64,000 nucleotides of DNA from Lytechinus pictus (Eukaryota), in the NCBI RefSeq assembly GCF_037042905.1, contig NC_087250.1, positions 26,104,001 through 26,168,000 of the forward strand. Direction: 5' to 3'. How positions within the stretch are numbered: the stretch's first letter is position 1; each line of letters begins with the position of its first letter. This document shows, one piece after another, positions 24,996-39,560 of this stretch. The position numbers and the translations under genes are program-made. A model generated the notes under the pieces. It had not been told where the DNA came from. It worked only from the letters and a program-made list of their open reading frames with translations, and ran no database searches.

Positions 24996-27900
24996 TAGAA
25001 CAGGTATTTTTGTATGTACATGTAAGAATTTCATTATTTATTTGTGTCTTTTCTTTTAACGCTTTTTTACTGGGGGTTGAAGCAACTTCCCTTGAGATCT
25101 TGGCCAATGATCACGTAAACGCCTTGAAAATTGGTATGATAATAGTGGGGGATGTAATGTGCAATGAAATATGGTTATTTTTTCCGAAATTGTCAGATCT
25201 TTTATATGAATTATGCTAATTTATGTGTAAATTATACTTTTATACCATAATATTGCTATAAAATGCTAACAATCAAATATATAAAAAAAAAACCTAGTTT
25301 GAAAATGAATTTCTTTTGTATTGTATTGTTTTATGAATTTCCTATGTATATCTTTGTTTTTCAACCTTTTGGTTTTCTTTATTAAGAAGATGAGAAAACT
25401 CAACATTGACCTTTTACACAAAATCCCATTTTGGAGCAATTTTGGGTCTGACATGCACTTATGTAATGTTGAGTAATTTTCCAACCGCATACCAGGCATC
25501 GTAAATTTGGTCTCAAAAGATGTGCAAGACTTCAAAATAAAATGTTGGCGAGCGGCACGGTCGTATAATTTATCACAGTGGAATGGTCGTGGAAAATGTC
25601 GAGGGGGGGTTGATTCAACCCCCCCCCCCCGCGGTTTTAGGGTTGAAATAGCACATGATTTTTGAGAATTTCACATGAATACAAAGGAAATTATCTAATC
25701 TATTTCTTTTTTAAGTATTTGAAATTAACTTTTATCAGATTTAGTTTCTTTCACAGACTACATGTATCTTCAATGATTTTTAAATTTAAACAGTTTGTTA
25801 AAAAAAAACACTATCTAATCACGAAGCATTAAATGTAAATTCCTCATTTACTTTTTCATGTAAAATATTCTCACATATTTCAAATTGTATTTTTCAAATG
25901 TTTAGAACTTTGATAGCTCCCAGAAAGTTTATTGCATGCTCCAAAATATGCATATGTGTCCATGAGGATGATGAGGTCAAGGGTCATCAATTTAGATTGC
26001 TCTAATTTCTTTGTTTTTGCATTAGTTGTGTTCACATTTTGCACAGATAACCATTGGGTATTAAATACCACATGTACATGTATGTCCAAGAGGATGATAA
26101 GGTCAAAAGATCATATTGCATAGTTTATTGATCGTGATATCAGGCGAGACACGTGGTTCACCATGTTTTTTTGTTGAAATGTATTATTTTCATGTGTCCA
26201 CAGGGCAACAGCCTATCTGAGCCTTATGAATAGAGCTCGACTCGGGCAACTGGGATAACACTAGCTTGGCCTGGCACATGCACATTTAGGGGGCATGAAT
26301 GAAACAAAAGGGCAATTGATGTATTTTCTTGGAAAAAATATAATTTCAATTGACCCCCCAAGGATAACCTGATGGCCTAGTTGAGGAAACCAGGCAGCCT
26401 AACGAGTAGAGCTTGACTCGGTCAACCAGAAAAACACCAGCTAATAATGAACACTAATGATTATTCATATAGGCCATTATTGTATTGTAATACAAGAATG
26501 TGGTAAGACATCAAAACCTGGAATAAGTATTTATTTATTTCACAAATATTTGTAATTTTACAATATGTTATAAAATGCCAATTGAGTATTAGATTTTCAG
26601 TGTGTTATATTTTTATGTAATTTCCTGATGTGATTTTCCAAGGTACCAGGTGACTTCATGCAAATTAAAGATATACAGAAAAGATACAAGAGTAGTCTTA
26701 ATTCCCTTTTCCTGATTTGGACGAAATAATCATGAAGATGATCAAGATGACTTTGGTGGTGATGAGGATTTTAATGGTGTTGTTGCTGCTGATGGTGTGA
26801 TGATGAAGTTAGTGGTGACGAGTGGTGGTGGTGATGATGGTAATGGTCATACATGTGATGGTAATGGTGATGTTGGTGGTGATGATTGGTTGGTGATGAT
26901 GATGAGGTTGGTGATGACGATAAGATGATAGCAATGGTGATGTTAGTGTTGATGGTAATGATGTTGACGATAGTAATGATCATCCCCCTTTCATCTCCAT
27001 CCGCCTTTTATCTCCAGCACTCTTATCTATATATATCCCTCTCATCGACATCCCTCCTCTGATCATCTCCCTTCCTCCTCACCATCTCCATCCCTCCTCT
27101 CACCATCTCCATCACTCTATCCTCTCATCTCCATCCTCCGATCCCCTCCATCCCTCATCTCCACCCCCGTCTCAATCACCCTCATCACCTCCATCCCTCC
27201 CATTATCTCCATCACCATCTCTTTCCTCTCAACATTTCCATCCCTCTCAGCATCTCCATTTTTCTTATCTCCATTTGTCTCAGGAAAATGCCTATACACA
27301 AGATAGAATTCAACAGTCAAAATATTTCTTTTGAAATATAATATCCCTTAGTAAAGTGGGTTTTATTATTTACCATATAAATTTGATTAATTACATAGTA
27401 AACACTGTATACTTAACCGAATTTGCATTTTTGAAAGTGAAAGTGAATTTTTTCATGCACACTTTCAGTGGATATGAAAATCTTAAGTAAAATTGAATTA
27501 TTAAAAATTCCAGGGGGGGGGGCAACTGCTGCGTACCAAGCCGGCCCCATGTATATTTTCCCTTAATACTCAAACAGCCACGTAATAAGCATATAACTCA
27601 TTCTAAGGCTAAGCTGTACACCAGGGGAAAAAAATATAAAAAAGCAATATATTATTCATTAAGCTGCAAGAAAAGTTAAAGAAAATAAATCAGGGGAAAA
27701 CAAAGAATTGAAAGGGGCAAAATTAGATCAATTTATCCATGTTATTTTAAATTCTGTAAAAGAATGCTAAGTCCCCTATTTTTTTATTTTATTGATCGCT
27801 TCCTAATTCGGCCCGGCATGGCCACACCATATTTCGGGGGCCGGGGCGAAAACGCCCCCCCCCCCCCTGCAGCCTCGGCATGCGTACGTTATTAAATATT

Positions 27901-30900
27901 AGTACTACATTTCATCATCATCATAGGAAGAAGGCGGTGGCCTGTAATTCCCGGTCACTCCATCTATGGTTTTAGTCTGGTGAATTTATTACTGTACGCA
28001 TGCTGAGGAGTGGGGATTTAATTTTAGCCTGAATCGAACATCCACAAGTCAAAGAAATTGAAGCCTATTATTACTTAAACTAAGCTATACACCATTGAAA
28101 ATAAATATACATAAACAAATTCATTTATTTAAAAATTTAGAAGGGCAGAGCCTACGATGTCAAATTAAGCTTCACTCAGCTCAGCTCGGCTCTTTACACG
28201 CCCACTTCCGTTGAAGATATTCGGGGCGGAAGCGCCCCGGCAGCTACGGGGGCCGAGCTACGCAGTATTGCGATGAAAAGCACCGAATCGTTCATCCGAT
28301 TTTCGCTACTCACGATCAGAGAGAAAAGATGACAAACCTCAACAATCGTGCATCTACAGTGAATGTTACTCTCTCTAAGAAGAAATTGAGTTAAGGGAAT
28401 ACAAGAAAGTCTATCTTCTGCGACAAAAGTGAAGAAAATGAATTATGATCACAAAATTAAGTCAGTTCTTGAGCCGGGGCCGAGTCAAGTACCAATACGG
28501 TACAGCAGCTAAATAAACGCGGGCCGGCAACATGGGAATCGCGAGATAGCTAGAAGCGCATACAATTACACTTTTTTTTATATTTCACCGAAAAGTTGTA
28601 GTAAGTGAAGAATCAGACCATATTACCAGTGCTATTTGTTGAATGCGCGATCAATTAAAAAAAAAGTTACTCTAATTCCATGCCCTTGTGTATACATTTG
28701 AACTTTTACTGGCAAAAAAACACATATAGCTGAGGTGGAAAAAACAGGTTTAAGAAAGGGTGGGGGAAACAATGGAGAACTGCAATATTGTCATTTAACC
28801 GCGCGCAGCGCGGAAGCAAAATTCATATATAAATTTAGAGCAAGAGTGAAGGAGTTTCTCTTTTGAGAAAAAAAAATAAAGAATAAAAAGAAAAAACCCA
28901 CAAAGCTACCCTTCTTCCCTTTCCTCCCTTCGCTTTTTCTTTTCTCCTCTCTTTTTTTTTCTTTTTGGGGACGTTTTTTTTTTTTTTTTTTTTTTTTTTT
29001 TGGGGGGGGGCAACCGCCCCCACCGCCCCCACCGCCCCCCCCCCTGGCTACGCGCCTGCCTAAACGGAGATCGATCTATGGTCTGTATTAGCTTAAGGTG
29101 GTTCTCCCTGATAAACTAAAATCAAATCCCTATTAAACCCTATCGTAACTAGGAAAGCACTCATAAAAATGTTAATATATGAGTGCATAAAGCATATGAA
29201 GTAAAATATTCCTGTTACAAAAGAGAACTTCCTGTGTATTTGCAATAGACTGATATTTCCAACACTTGTATAAAATATGGCATTCACCTGACTGGGATGT
29301 AAGTAATATTCCTAACACATGTACAAACCATAACCGGGGTCGAAATATTTCCAACACATGAACTATCTTTAACCGTAAAAAGACTGGGCCATTTCGAAGC
29401 CTAAGAAGACAGAGGGGGTAGGGGGGGGGGGCTGATTCAGCCCCCCCCCCCCATATGATCTCGGCCGTCAATCACGCTATCGCAACGAAAATTGGCACGC
29501 ACGTTACCCATGGCATAATCTACAAAATTATGAGATCAACTTCTGAGAAAAATCTCATTGCTAATTAATTGTGCTAATGTATGCGTAAAATCAACAGTTT
29601 GCTCTAATTAACTAAATAATGACCCTAAAATGCTAAATATTGTTTCACAGACTCGTTATATGAATCTGATCACATTTATTGTAAAAAATCAACATCACAT
29701 TTATTTTCGTATATATTTTATTATTATTCTAAATTTAAATGTATTTCTTAGTTTTTCGACTTTTTGTTTTTTATTGTTACCATAGACAATATGAAATTAA
29801 TTGATTTAAGCAGTGAAAGGAAATATAATGATACATTCATGAATTTCGGCTCAAAACACTATTTGCATTGGATTTGTACACACATTCATGTTTTCGAGCA
29901 ATTTTGTGTCTGCATGCACTGAGAAAATGTTGCGTAATTTTGGAACCGCGCATCCGGGGGTTGCAATTTTGGTGTCAAAAGTTGCACGAGACTTGAAAGT
30001 AAAAAAAATCAGCGAACGACGCGGTCAAAAAATTTTGCGCGGCAGATTTATCACAAAAAATGTCAAGGAGGGACCCCAGTTTTATTAGGGCTAAGTCAGA
30101 ACATGTGTCTAATCAAAGGAATTAAATTTCTTCCCAGCATTCATTTGGCGCACAATCTGTTTTGGTTTATTTTTTTTTATTCCGTCTTTCAAATCGGAAG
30201 AGACCAATTCTTTTGTACTGCAATATAATTCCTAGATATTTTATGTACAAATACAAAGAATAATTGATTTTAAAATTGATATAATGATTTTGTGGTTATA
30301 ACAATGATTGGGACGAAATAGATGAAAATGATGTATAAAACAAGAAATCAGAAAAACTACAGAGAATTTTCATTTCGAAGATGCTTTTATTTCAAGTAAA
30401 TTTGTTCAATATAGTACAACTACAAAAAGTAAGTTGCCCACAATACACATTCAAAGTAACAAGTAAAACGTCCCGTTTTCAACGGCCAGGCAATATCAGC
30501 ACATTCAGTAAAAAGGGTATAACAATTTCATGGGAAGGGTAGAAGCTTCACATTTTCATTACGATACAACATTTGAGACATCATTTAGTTTAGGGAATAA
30601 ACATTATAGAATATTTATTTAGGGTACTGTAAGATGGGCAAATTAAGAGGGAAATTCTGGGGAAGTCTGTGCTCGAGCATGATGTCTAACTGCTAATAAC
30701 AGTGACCCCAACACATTTTCTCGTGTTTTCTGACACCCCTGGCCTTTCATACAAATAACCATCATTTCATCTAATAAGAGTTTAGAGCCTAGTAGATTCT
30801 CCATTACTCCATGGATACTAAGACTGATCTGATGGTCCGTGATCCTATTTTGAGTTCTCTTTGCTCATATCATAAACTTCTAGGATTCTTTCTCGTATAT

Positions 30901-32934
30901 TCTGACACTCCTCGCCTTCCATACAAATAACCATCATGACATCTAACAGTTCAGATCCTAGGAGATACTCCATGGATACTATGACTGATCCAATTGTCCA
31001 TGATCTTATCATAAATTATCTTTGTTTGTACCATAAATAATTATAATTCTTTATCCCATATTTTTTCACTGGTTGCCATTAAAAACTCTCTGAATTTATC
31101 TACTCCATTGGCCGATCATGGAAAATATATATATGAATGTATACTAATTTCAACTGTCCCCAACCCCTCGATTCCTACGCTCCCTCTGGCGTAAATTATT
31201 GTTTCACTCCTATTGCAGGAGAGGGGGGGGGGGGATTAGGAATATTGTTATATCGAAAACTTGCAAACAGTGTACCGGACATGTAAAAACATAGCAGACG
31301 ACGTTTGCAGACCTCGCGATCATCGTATGACTAGTGGTGCAAAATGTTCCATTGCGGCTTTATGGGGGAAATAGCATTACGGAGGGATAAAATGTATAAA
31401 CAAATAATGTTTCAGCGTAGTTTTTTGTGTCAATTTCATAAATTATCGTTGTTTGAACATTTAAAACGTCATTATAAAGTAAAAGGAATAAGCAAAACTT
31501 AATTTCCAGACTTACCTATGCAGTGGTAAGCTAGGATGCACCCCTCGTATACATAATTGACCCGTCACAATATCCAGAGACATATCCAACTTTCACAGAA
31601 TAAAATTGATTTTTGTTGGCAAAAATAATGGTATCTGATATATTCATATCCATAGTTCGGACTGACAAGGTATATATATTTATATATTCCTAATAAAATG
31701 TTCAGCACTGCAATGGAAAGAGCTAGAAAACCGCTGTGACTCGAACAACACACCGACGAACACAAAAGCTCTGTCCAGCCCTATATGTTAAATGAACGTC
31801 GAGTGTAGGTTTGCTCTTCAGACATCACTATCACAAAGAAAATATCCTCTGATTTGATGATAAAAGTGCCCTATTTCCTTATTAACTAATCTCCATGGCT
31901 TATTCATGAGTATTTGCCTTACAATGTGCCCTTTATTATGATCTGGGCGAAAATTCTTGATATTATCACCTACCGATGTGACGACGGATGTAATCCACCC
32001 GGGTACTATAAAAATGTCCCCCTAACCATTATTCCAATACATATTCCTGACTATGGATGGTTTTGAGTGACTTTAATGTAATATTTCCCACCAACTGAAT
32101 GTAAAAAAAATTATGGTCATATGATAGAAGAAGTTGTTAACATTCATTTTAGGGGGGCGGAAATTCTATCTGAATCAAAGATTGTCCTTGATACACATAT
32201 GTTTGTGAAAAAAAGGGTATGATGCAAGGGAATTATGCGTGTTATAAGGGTGTGCGCGTGCAGCGAGGACCTTCTGTCCGCTAGTTTTCCATATGGCGGC
32301 CATCATTTCGACCTGAAGAGCATGCCGTCATGAATTCACGCCCGTGAAAAGAGATTAAAAGGTTTCCTACATACGTATATTCAGTGGTTAGGTATGATAC
32401 TTAAACATTTATATTTATTTGTTTTAACTACCGCCCTCATCTTATCAGTTGAGAAAATATAGACACTGAATCGCGCGAGCAAGTATTAATTTGTTAATTA
32501 ATCACATATACATTTACCTCAGGTGCCAATAAAAAGAAGAAAAAAAGTTGGTATGATAGCATCTATTTGCTGGACTATCACCTTTTATTGGCAGAACTAA
32601 TTGAAAAAACTTAATTTTCAATGTTATCATGGTATTTGAAATTCCGGCAACAGTTGCTTACATCATGAACATAACAATTATTTATTAAATTGGGGGCCTG
32701 CTTTCTACCGCCCACCCCCTTCCCGACAGTGGCAAACCTAGGGGGGGAGTGAGATCCACCCCCCTCCCCCCCCCCCAAAAAAAAAAAAAAAAAAAAAAAA
32801 ATAGAGAGAAGGGGGATCAAAGTACAACATTCCCTTCCCTGCTGCCGAGGGTAGGTCAATCAGAGGAGGATCCAAGAGGGGAGGGGGTTCCTAGCTCAAA
32901 TTGGCCAGACCAACTGGTCAAATCACCGTCTTAA

Positions 32935-33950
32935 AGGGGAATCCAACCCAAATGGAACCTTTTTTTTTATAAGGAAAAGAAAAATCAGGCAAGTTGATAG
33001 GCGAAAGTTTGAACAATATTGGACAAACAACTAGAAATTTATGAATTTTTAAAATGAATATTGGTTATCACTTTACCCATGAAGACTTCAAATTGGCCGC
33101 ATATGGAATCATACTGATGTAAGGCAAGGACTGCTCTTCCATGTACTTCAATACATATTTGATTTAATTTGATACAAATTGATATAATGATTTTGTGGTT
33201 ATAACAATGATTGGGACGAAATAGATGAAAATGATGTATAAAACAAGAAATCAGAAAAACTACAGAGAATTTTCATTTCGAAGATGCTTTTATTTCAAGT
33301 AAATTTGTTCAATATAGTACAACTACAAAAAGTAAGTTGCCCACAATACACATTCAAAGTAACAAGTAAAACGTCCCGTTTTCAACGGCCAGGCAATATC
33401 AGCACATTCAGTAAAAAGGGTATAACAATTTCATGGGAAGGGTAGAAGCTTCACATTTTCATTACGATACAACATTTGAGACATCATTTAGTTTAGGGAA
33501 TAAACATTATAGAATATATAATGAAGACTTCAAATTGGCCGCATATGGAATCATACTGATGTAAGGCAAGGACTGCTCTTCCATGTACTTCAATACATAT
33601 TATGGCTAAAATTGCATTTTCCCCCAAAGTTTTATATCAAATTATATTTTTCTTTCATGAGGACATAAAACAATACACTACATGTACCTGGGTTATATTT
33701 AGATTACTGCCCTAGGGGAATGGGTACTTAGGAGAAACCCACAAATCCCTGATTATTAGGTACATGGCCTATGGGAAAGTTGTCTATGCCCCTCGTCATA
33801 ATTTGCTTATTAAATTTGAAATGTACATAGTGATCTCAATTTTTAAGCAGTTATTGCTTGTCCGATATTTTTTTCAAACTTTCACCAGTCTGTTTAATTT
33901 ATTTTTCTCCTTCCCAACACAACATTTTATGGCCAAGGGTGGATTCCCCT
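32935..33950. mobile_element. Kolobok-like MITE containing a templated insertion
   Basis: TTAA|AGGGGAATCCAACC...GGGTGGATTCCCCT|TTAC. Confidence 0.7.
33176..33517 (+). repeat. 342-bp direct copy of 30273-30614, flanked by an 81-bp direct duplication (33079-33159 / 33521-33601)
   Basis: The two 342-bp sequences read identical by eye, as do the two 81-bp flanks. Confidence 0.9.
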
Positions 33951-33955
33951 TTACT

Positions 33956-33986
<31 letters not shown>

Positions 33987-34619
33987 CAGTCAAGCCCCCC
34001 CCCCCCTCCTCCCTCCCATTCCCTTTTCTCTCTCCTCCATTCTCTCGTGTACACAAATACACAATCATGACCATCTTGATGTCCTGTTGTTTGTGTTAAT
34101 CTTTCTCCCTTTCTTTCCTTTCTCTCCTTCTTCTACTTTTTCTTCTACTTCTTCTCCCCCTTTGTCGTCTTATTCTTCTTCTCCTCCTCCTACTTCATCG
34201 TCTTCTCTATGTTCAACTCCTCCTCCTCCTTCTTCTTCGTTTCCATCTCTTTCTTTTAATATCAACTTTCTTCTCCTTATTGCCATCTTTCTTTATTTTT
34301 TTTCATCTTTATTCCATTCGTCGACCATAGCTTAACTGAAGTTCAAACTGAATGACTTGCTGATTAAAAAATTGAAGCTACATATAAATCTTTGTTGTAT
34401 TTTTTTTATTGTTAGATGCTGAGGATGCTATGGGATGAACATTTCATACATTATAGCAATTTGTAAATCTTCTACACCAGAATGAGTTACTTGTTAAACT
34501 ATGCTACGAAAAAAAATCTACGATCGATCCAGGTTCGTTAATAATCAGTGATAATAGGGACACTGTCAATGAATGGGCATGCATGCCGATATAATAATAG
34601 TCTAATAACATATCCGTTT

Positions 34620-36306
34620 TTTTGTTTGACATTTAATTTCGTTTATGCTGACAAAATTTCTTGATTATAAAAATACATGATTATTTGTGCATTAAAAATC
34701 ACCCTCCTTATCACCACGATGATGACCTCAAAATACATCCTGCAAAGATTCCGATTAATTGATAACATTTTATTTGGTGTTAATATTAGTGTGTATTCGT
34801 GTGTATTCATATGATTGACAAACTTATCTCGATAAGTAAATGTACTTAATTACCATAATCAGTGTAATAACGTTCCCTTTCTACTTACACATGACTATTT
34901 TCTGCTCGCAAGTTAAAATCATTTCGTCATGATTAAAGTTCATACATCCCCTAACTTTTTTCTATTCAACAGCAAGTGTTAGTAATATACAACAAAACAT
35001 AATGAAAATATATTTTATTAATCACAAAACGTATACTTTCTACTCATTTTGCAATATACGCTTAAAATTATATGCCATTACATCATAATAATTTTTTACA
35101 TTAAGTCATAATAGAAATGTGCACTATTTACATGAGTTTTTCTAGTTTTATGAAGCGAATTGTAATCAGCTGTATAAAAGCAAACAACAAATATTGAGCA
35201 AAAAAAAAAAAACAATATCGGATTGTCAAGAGTTTCATTTGACAGTTCGCATAGTAACATCGCTTCTCAGGCAATCACAAACAAGAAAAGTCGTTAGATC
35301 TGACACATCGCCGAAAGAAAATGTTGATATATAGCACTTTCTCCCGTTCCATTTTTTATGTTTTTAGGAACAAATTTCGAATAACCTATGTGAATCCCTT
35401 ATGATCAGAAGAAAACAATCGTTTTCATCTTTAGAAAATTCACTTTAGCTAATGCCTCTGGCATAGTCTTCCTGTTTACACACTAAACACAATTTAAAAT
35501 GGAAACGAAATAAACAAATGAATTGAATTGAATTAAATATTATATCAACATGAAACCTCGAGCAAAAGCTACATTATGTGCAGTTATTTGACACATTTTC
35601 TAGTTCTGTCTGATATATATTCTTGTTATATTTATTTACAGCACATTACGATCAACCAGTATCGGATGTTTTTATTTTTATGTTTATAATGAAATTAATT
35701 TGACTTGATTTCATGATGTTGATAAACATCACTGAACGTAGTAGGCGCAAACACATTATTACAGTACGTCAATACAAATAATTAAAAAATTATAAAAATA
35801 AAAATGTTTCAACTCCATATGATACTTTAGATTCACGTAGCCAATGTGTAAGATGAATAACCCGATCAATGTTAGGAGAATAACATCGAATGAAATTGAA
35901 TGAAATGTCGTTTAGTAAATTATCGGGTTAAGTTCAGACAAGTAAATTATTAACACGTTCAATGCTGAATTCAGCCATTCTAAAAGACTTTCTGCAATAA
36001 CCATCTGGTTAAAGTAAGAAATTCGTGAACACATTTGTATTTATTTTGTTCAGGTTACGAGTAAACTATTCATTTTGGATCGGAAGACATTCACTACAGA
36101 CCTAAATCGAGACGGATGAATATTAGCAACAACTTCCTATATGGATTGATACAACATTACACACCATGACCATGTGTATATGAATGAAGTCACGTACATA
36201 CTAGCTAGAAGGATGTAAATTTTAAATGGAAGCAAAAGTGAAAACAAATCTCTGGTCTTTATTTCTCTTAAAAATCCGATTTCATTCCTTTGAAAGTCTA
36301 GATGAT
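34620..36306 (-). repeat. Segmental duplication: 3' flank or 3'UTR of propeller-gene copy C, paralogous to ~44300-47340
   Basis: Colinear blocks such as TATGCTGACAAAATT-CTTGATTA-AAAAT-ACATGATTATTTGTGCATTAAA (34645 / 44331) and GCGAATTGTAATCAGCTGTATAA (35155 / 44854). Confidence 0.85.
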
Positions 36307-37860
36307 TTACAAGATAAATTTCTTCTTGTAAATAAGAAGTTTGTCTTTATCACATCCTACAATGTTACCAGAAGGAGTAACGAGACAAGGGCTGATGTAG
36401 CGAGGGCTATCTGATTTCACGTATTCCACGATCCTCCTTGCCTGGATTATACCATCACGTGACACCTGGTCAACTGCGTAGGTCTTACGCGCTCTATCCC
36501 GGTGCGTGACATAGAGTGTGTCTGTCAGTTTGTCAACTCGACACTCGGACCAGTCCCACTCATCACAATGTATGACAGCCTTCTCTTCTCCTGATCGTGA
36601 GATGACAGTGTATTTATTATCATCTGTACTCACAACGATATCACCTGATGACAAGGCTTGTATCTCACCCACCACCTTCTTACCCTGCATCGTAATAGTG
36701 TTTACTCTCTTACCATTAGCAGGATTGATGACGTAGATATTAGACTGAGCTAACTGAGCAGCGATGATCATCCCATCCCTGTCAACATCAACACACACAC
36801 TCTCCTCTCCAATCATCGGTTTGCTGATGTCTCTAATCACCTTCCATTGTCTGTCATAGAGAGTCACGATTCCATAAAACGTGGAACTCTCGTCATGATA
36901 CCTCTGAATACCACATACTATTCTGTTACTGTCTATCGGCGCACATGATGCAATGCACGTGTTACTATTTCCAACCATTACTTTATTTGTATCATGAGTA
37001 CTGATGTTTGCAACATACCAGTCATTGCTATCTTCGTCTTGCACACATATCTCATTATCACTGACCAAATCACACACAGATTGGGGATTAACAACCAATG
37101 AACCAATTTCGATTGACTTGGCAAGTTCCCATTCACCGACATATCCACCAATTCTACCATAGTATTCTCCACCTACTTCCCCCTCTACAAACTTCACTCT
37201 CTATTCGGTCAAGACAGTCGCTAACATCTTGATGAACATTAAAACTTAAATTTTCATCAATAGATGCAAGTACTTGAGGAGCTTCATTCACCAATGCTTC
37301 ATCATGTTGGTTTATACGTGTGATGGTTGATTCAATATCCTTCATTGCATGCTGAATCTTACTATTAAGATCGCTTATCTTCTCGGAAACTATTTTGCTG
37401 ATTTTATCTGTGTCTGATAAGCATGATGACAATTTTGTTGTTTTGTCTTGTAAAAATGTCCGTTCCAATTCCATCTTGACATTATGATGTTCAATCTGTT
37501 TTTGTCGCATTTCATTTATACCTTGTATTTTCTTATCTGCCTCCTCGTTTATATCACGAATACATTTCTTATGTTCCAGTGTTATTAAATTTAACTGTAA
37601 TTGTGTACCTTCCAATGCGTATTTTATACTATCTTTAATCGTTTCAAGATGCTTACTTGATGAATTTGAAACGGCATCTATCTTGCGTCTTTGTTTTGTG
37701 TCCTCTAACATGACCCGTTTCTCCTTCAGCTTCTTCCTTATCTCATCTAGCTCAGGTTGTTTGTGGTCGTTGCCTTCGGTAGTGTTCGGGCTATTAGAAG
37801 ACATTTTGACATTGCGTTGCTCCCCTGTTACATCTGTTTCAGGTTGGGACACAGAGCAAC
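36307..37860 (-). pseudogene. Coiled-coil + beta-propeller exon, copy C, frameshifted by a 14-nt deletion at ~37200
   Basis: Phase-1 acceptor gatatag|GTTGC at 37860. The ORFs at 37154-37852 and 36307-37197 are the two halves of the protein encoded at 47341-48932. CAGAATGAAGTTGA is missing relative to copy A. Confidence 0.85.
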
Positions 37861-39104
37861 CTATATCGTAAATAATGATTAAAAATTTTTCAATTATGAA
37901 TGGTTAAGTTTTTGTAGTGTTATATTTGATGATAATGATAATAATGACCCTTTTACCCATACTGGGCTGCACTCAACCCAGGTGAGGTAAGTGGGTACCA
38001 ACAGGAAGTAATTCCTCAAAAAGCTGACAGCACCGAAATCGTTGGACTAGCTTAGCAGAGTGTAGGAGGAGAGCTTGAGCACCTAATAAGGTTGATACGC
38101 GCTCTATACCATGTATACAGTGCGTCCCAGGAAAAAAACTGGAATTCATTTTAATTTTTGCCATCATCATTATATATTTTCTTCTTGAGATGAACATCAT
38201 TAAAAAGATACGCTATCCCTCTTTCATTTTAAAGCTCATATCAACGTTATAGTGCTAGCTTGACTGAGTTAGAACAAAGTGGTGCTAGCAAATTTCATTA
38301 TGCACGAGCAAATTACGAATTGAGATGACCTTTGCTGGCTTTTACTGCTATGTAATTGGAAAAATAAAAGTTCTCATCGTTTATATTAATCTTTCATCTT
38401 TCATATGAGACCCTGTGCATGAAATATGATCGACGCATTGTCGAAAAGAAGATGCATGAAAACATGTTTGATTTTTACCATTTCATCAATTAGGAAAACG
38501 AGCATTTTCAACAAGCGACAGACAACGCAACGGGCTACGGGTAAATGCACGGTGAATGTGATTTTATTGCTAGCTTGAAAGTGATGTTTGAATTCTTTTT
38601 GTAAAACTTGTAAAAATATGCTTCATATGACAAGACGAGTTAGGGTGGTGTGGAATATTGGAAAGGGGGGCGGGGGAAGGGGTGACTCACTTAAAGGAAA
38701 CCAAGAAAATTAGTTACTCCCCTTCAATTGTAAAAAGTGATGTACCCCTTTTCTGCTGCGCCCCACCCCGTTCAAACATATTCTGCCGCCCATGTGATGT
38801 GGAGCAACGAATGAGACGAATGAGAAAAGTTTGAGATAAAACTTATCGTAATTATTACAATTGTAACATTGAATTATCGTAACCATATACTCCAGTCCGC
38901 AACAATAACAGGGGCCGCGGAACGGTTTTCAAGGGGGGGGGGGGGGTAGGGCTGAGTGGCTGACCATGCAACAAATCACAATCATATGGTCATTTTTACG
39001 TTTTTTGTGCACTTATTATTGAAATAGATAGCAGTTAAAACCAGCAAAAACTCACTCAAAAATCATAATTTTGTCGTGCCAATGGAAATGTGGTACCACG
39101 ACGT

Positions 39105-39560
39105 TTCGGTTTACTGACGGATGGACTATTGTCACTTGGTCTAATCATCAGATGGGCTAACAACATTCGGGTTAAACCAACTTAGTCATATTCTCTTTTG
39201 GTCTAATGACCCCTTGGTCTAATAGCCAATTAGTCTAATGACCACGCGGTCTATTAGCCACTTGGTCTAATGACCATTTGGTCTAATAGCCAATTGGTCT
39301 AATGACCACTTGGTCGAATAGCCGCTTGGTCTCTTGCCCAGTTGGGCTAATCGTCACTTGGTCTAATACTAGTTGGTCTAATCCTCACTTGGTCCATTAT
39401 TCATTTGGTCTATATCGCAGTTAGTCTAATGTGCAGTTGGTCTAATCCTCACTTGGTCCATTATTCAGTTGGTCTAGTTTCCATTTCGGCCAATTTCCAC
39501 TTGGTCTAATTTCCAGATAGTCTAACATTAATTTCGTCTACATGCCATTTGGTCTAATTT
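39105..39560. repeat. ~20-bp minisatellite (CACTTGGTCTAAT core), possibly a lone foldback-element arm
   Basis: ~20 degenerate TTGGTCTAAT units. No inverted partner was seen in the window. Confidence 0.8.

Noticed and set aside
26750..27270. His-rich and MEMR-repeat ORFs
   Set aside because: Degenerate (GAT/GGT)n and pyrimidine-rich simple repeats.
36307..37852. Programmed frameshift or two-gene arrangement
   Set aside because: Comparison with copy A shows a plain 14-nt deletion, with no slippery site needed.
39105..39560. Short repeats with variable intervening bases resembling a CRISPR array
   Set aside because: The period is only ~20 bp with degenerate units. This is a minisatellite or transposon arm.
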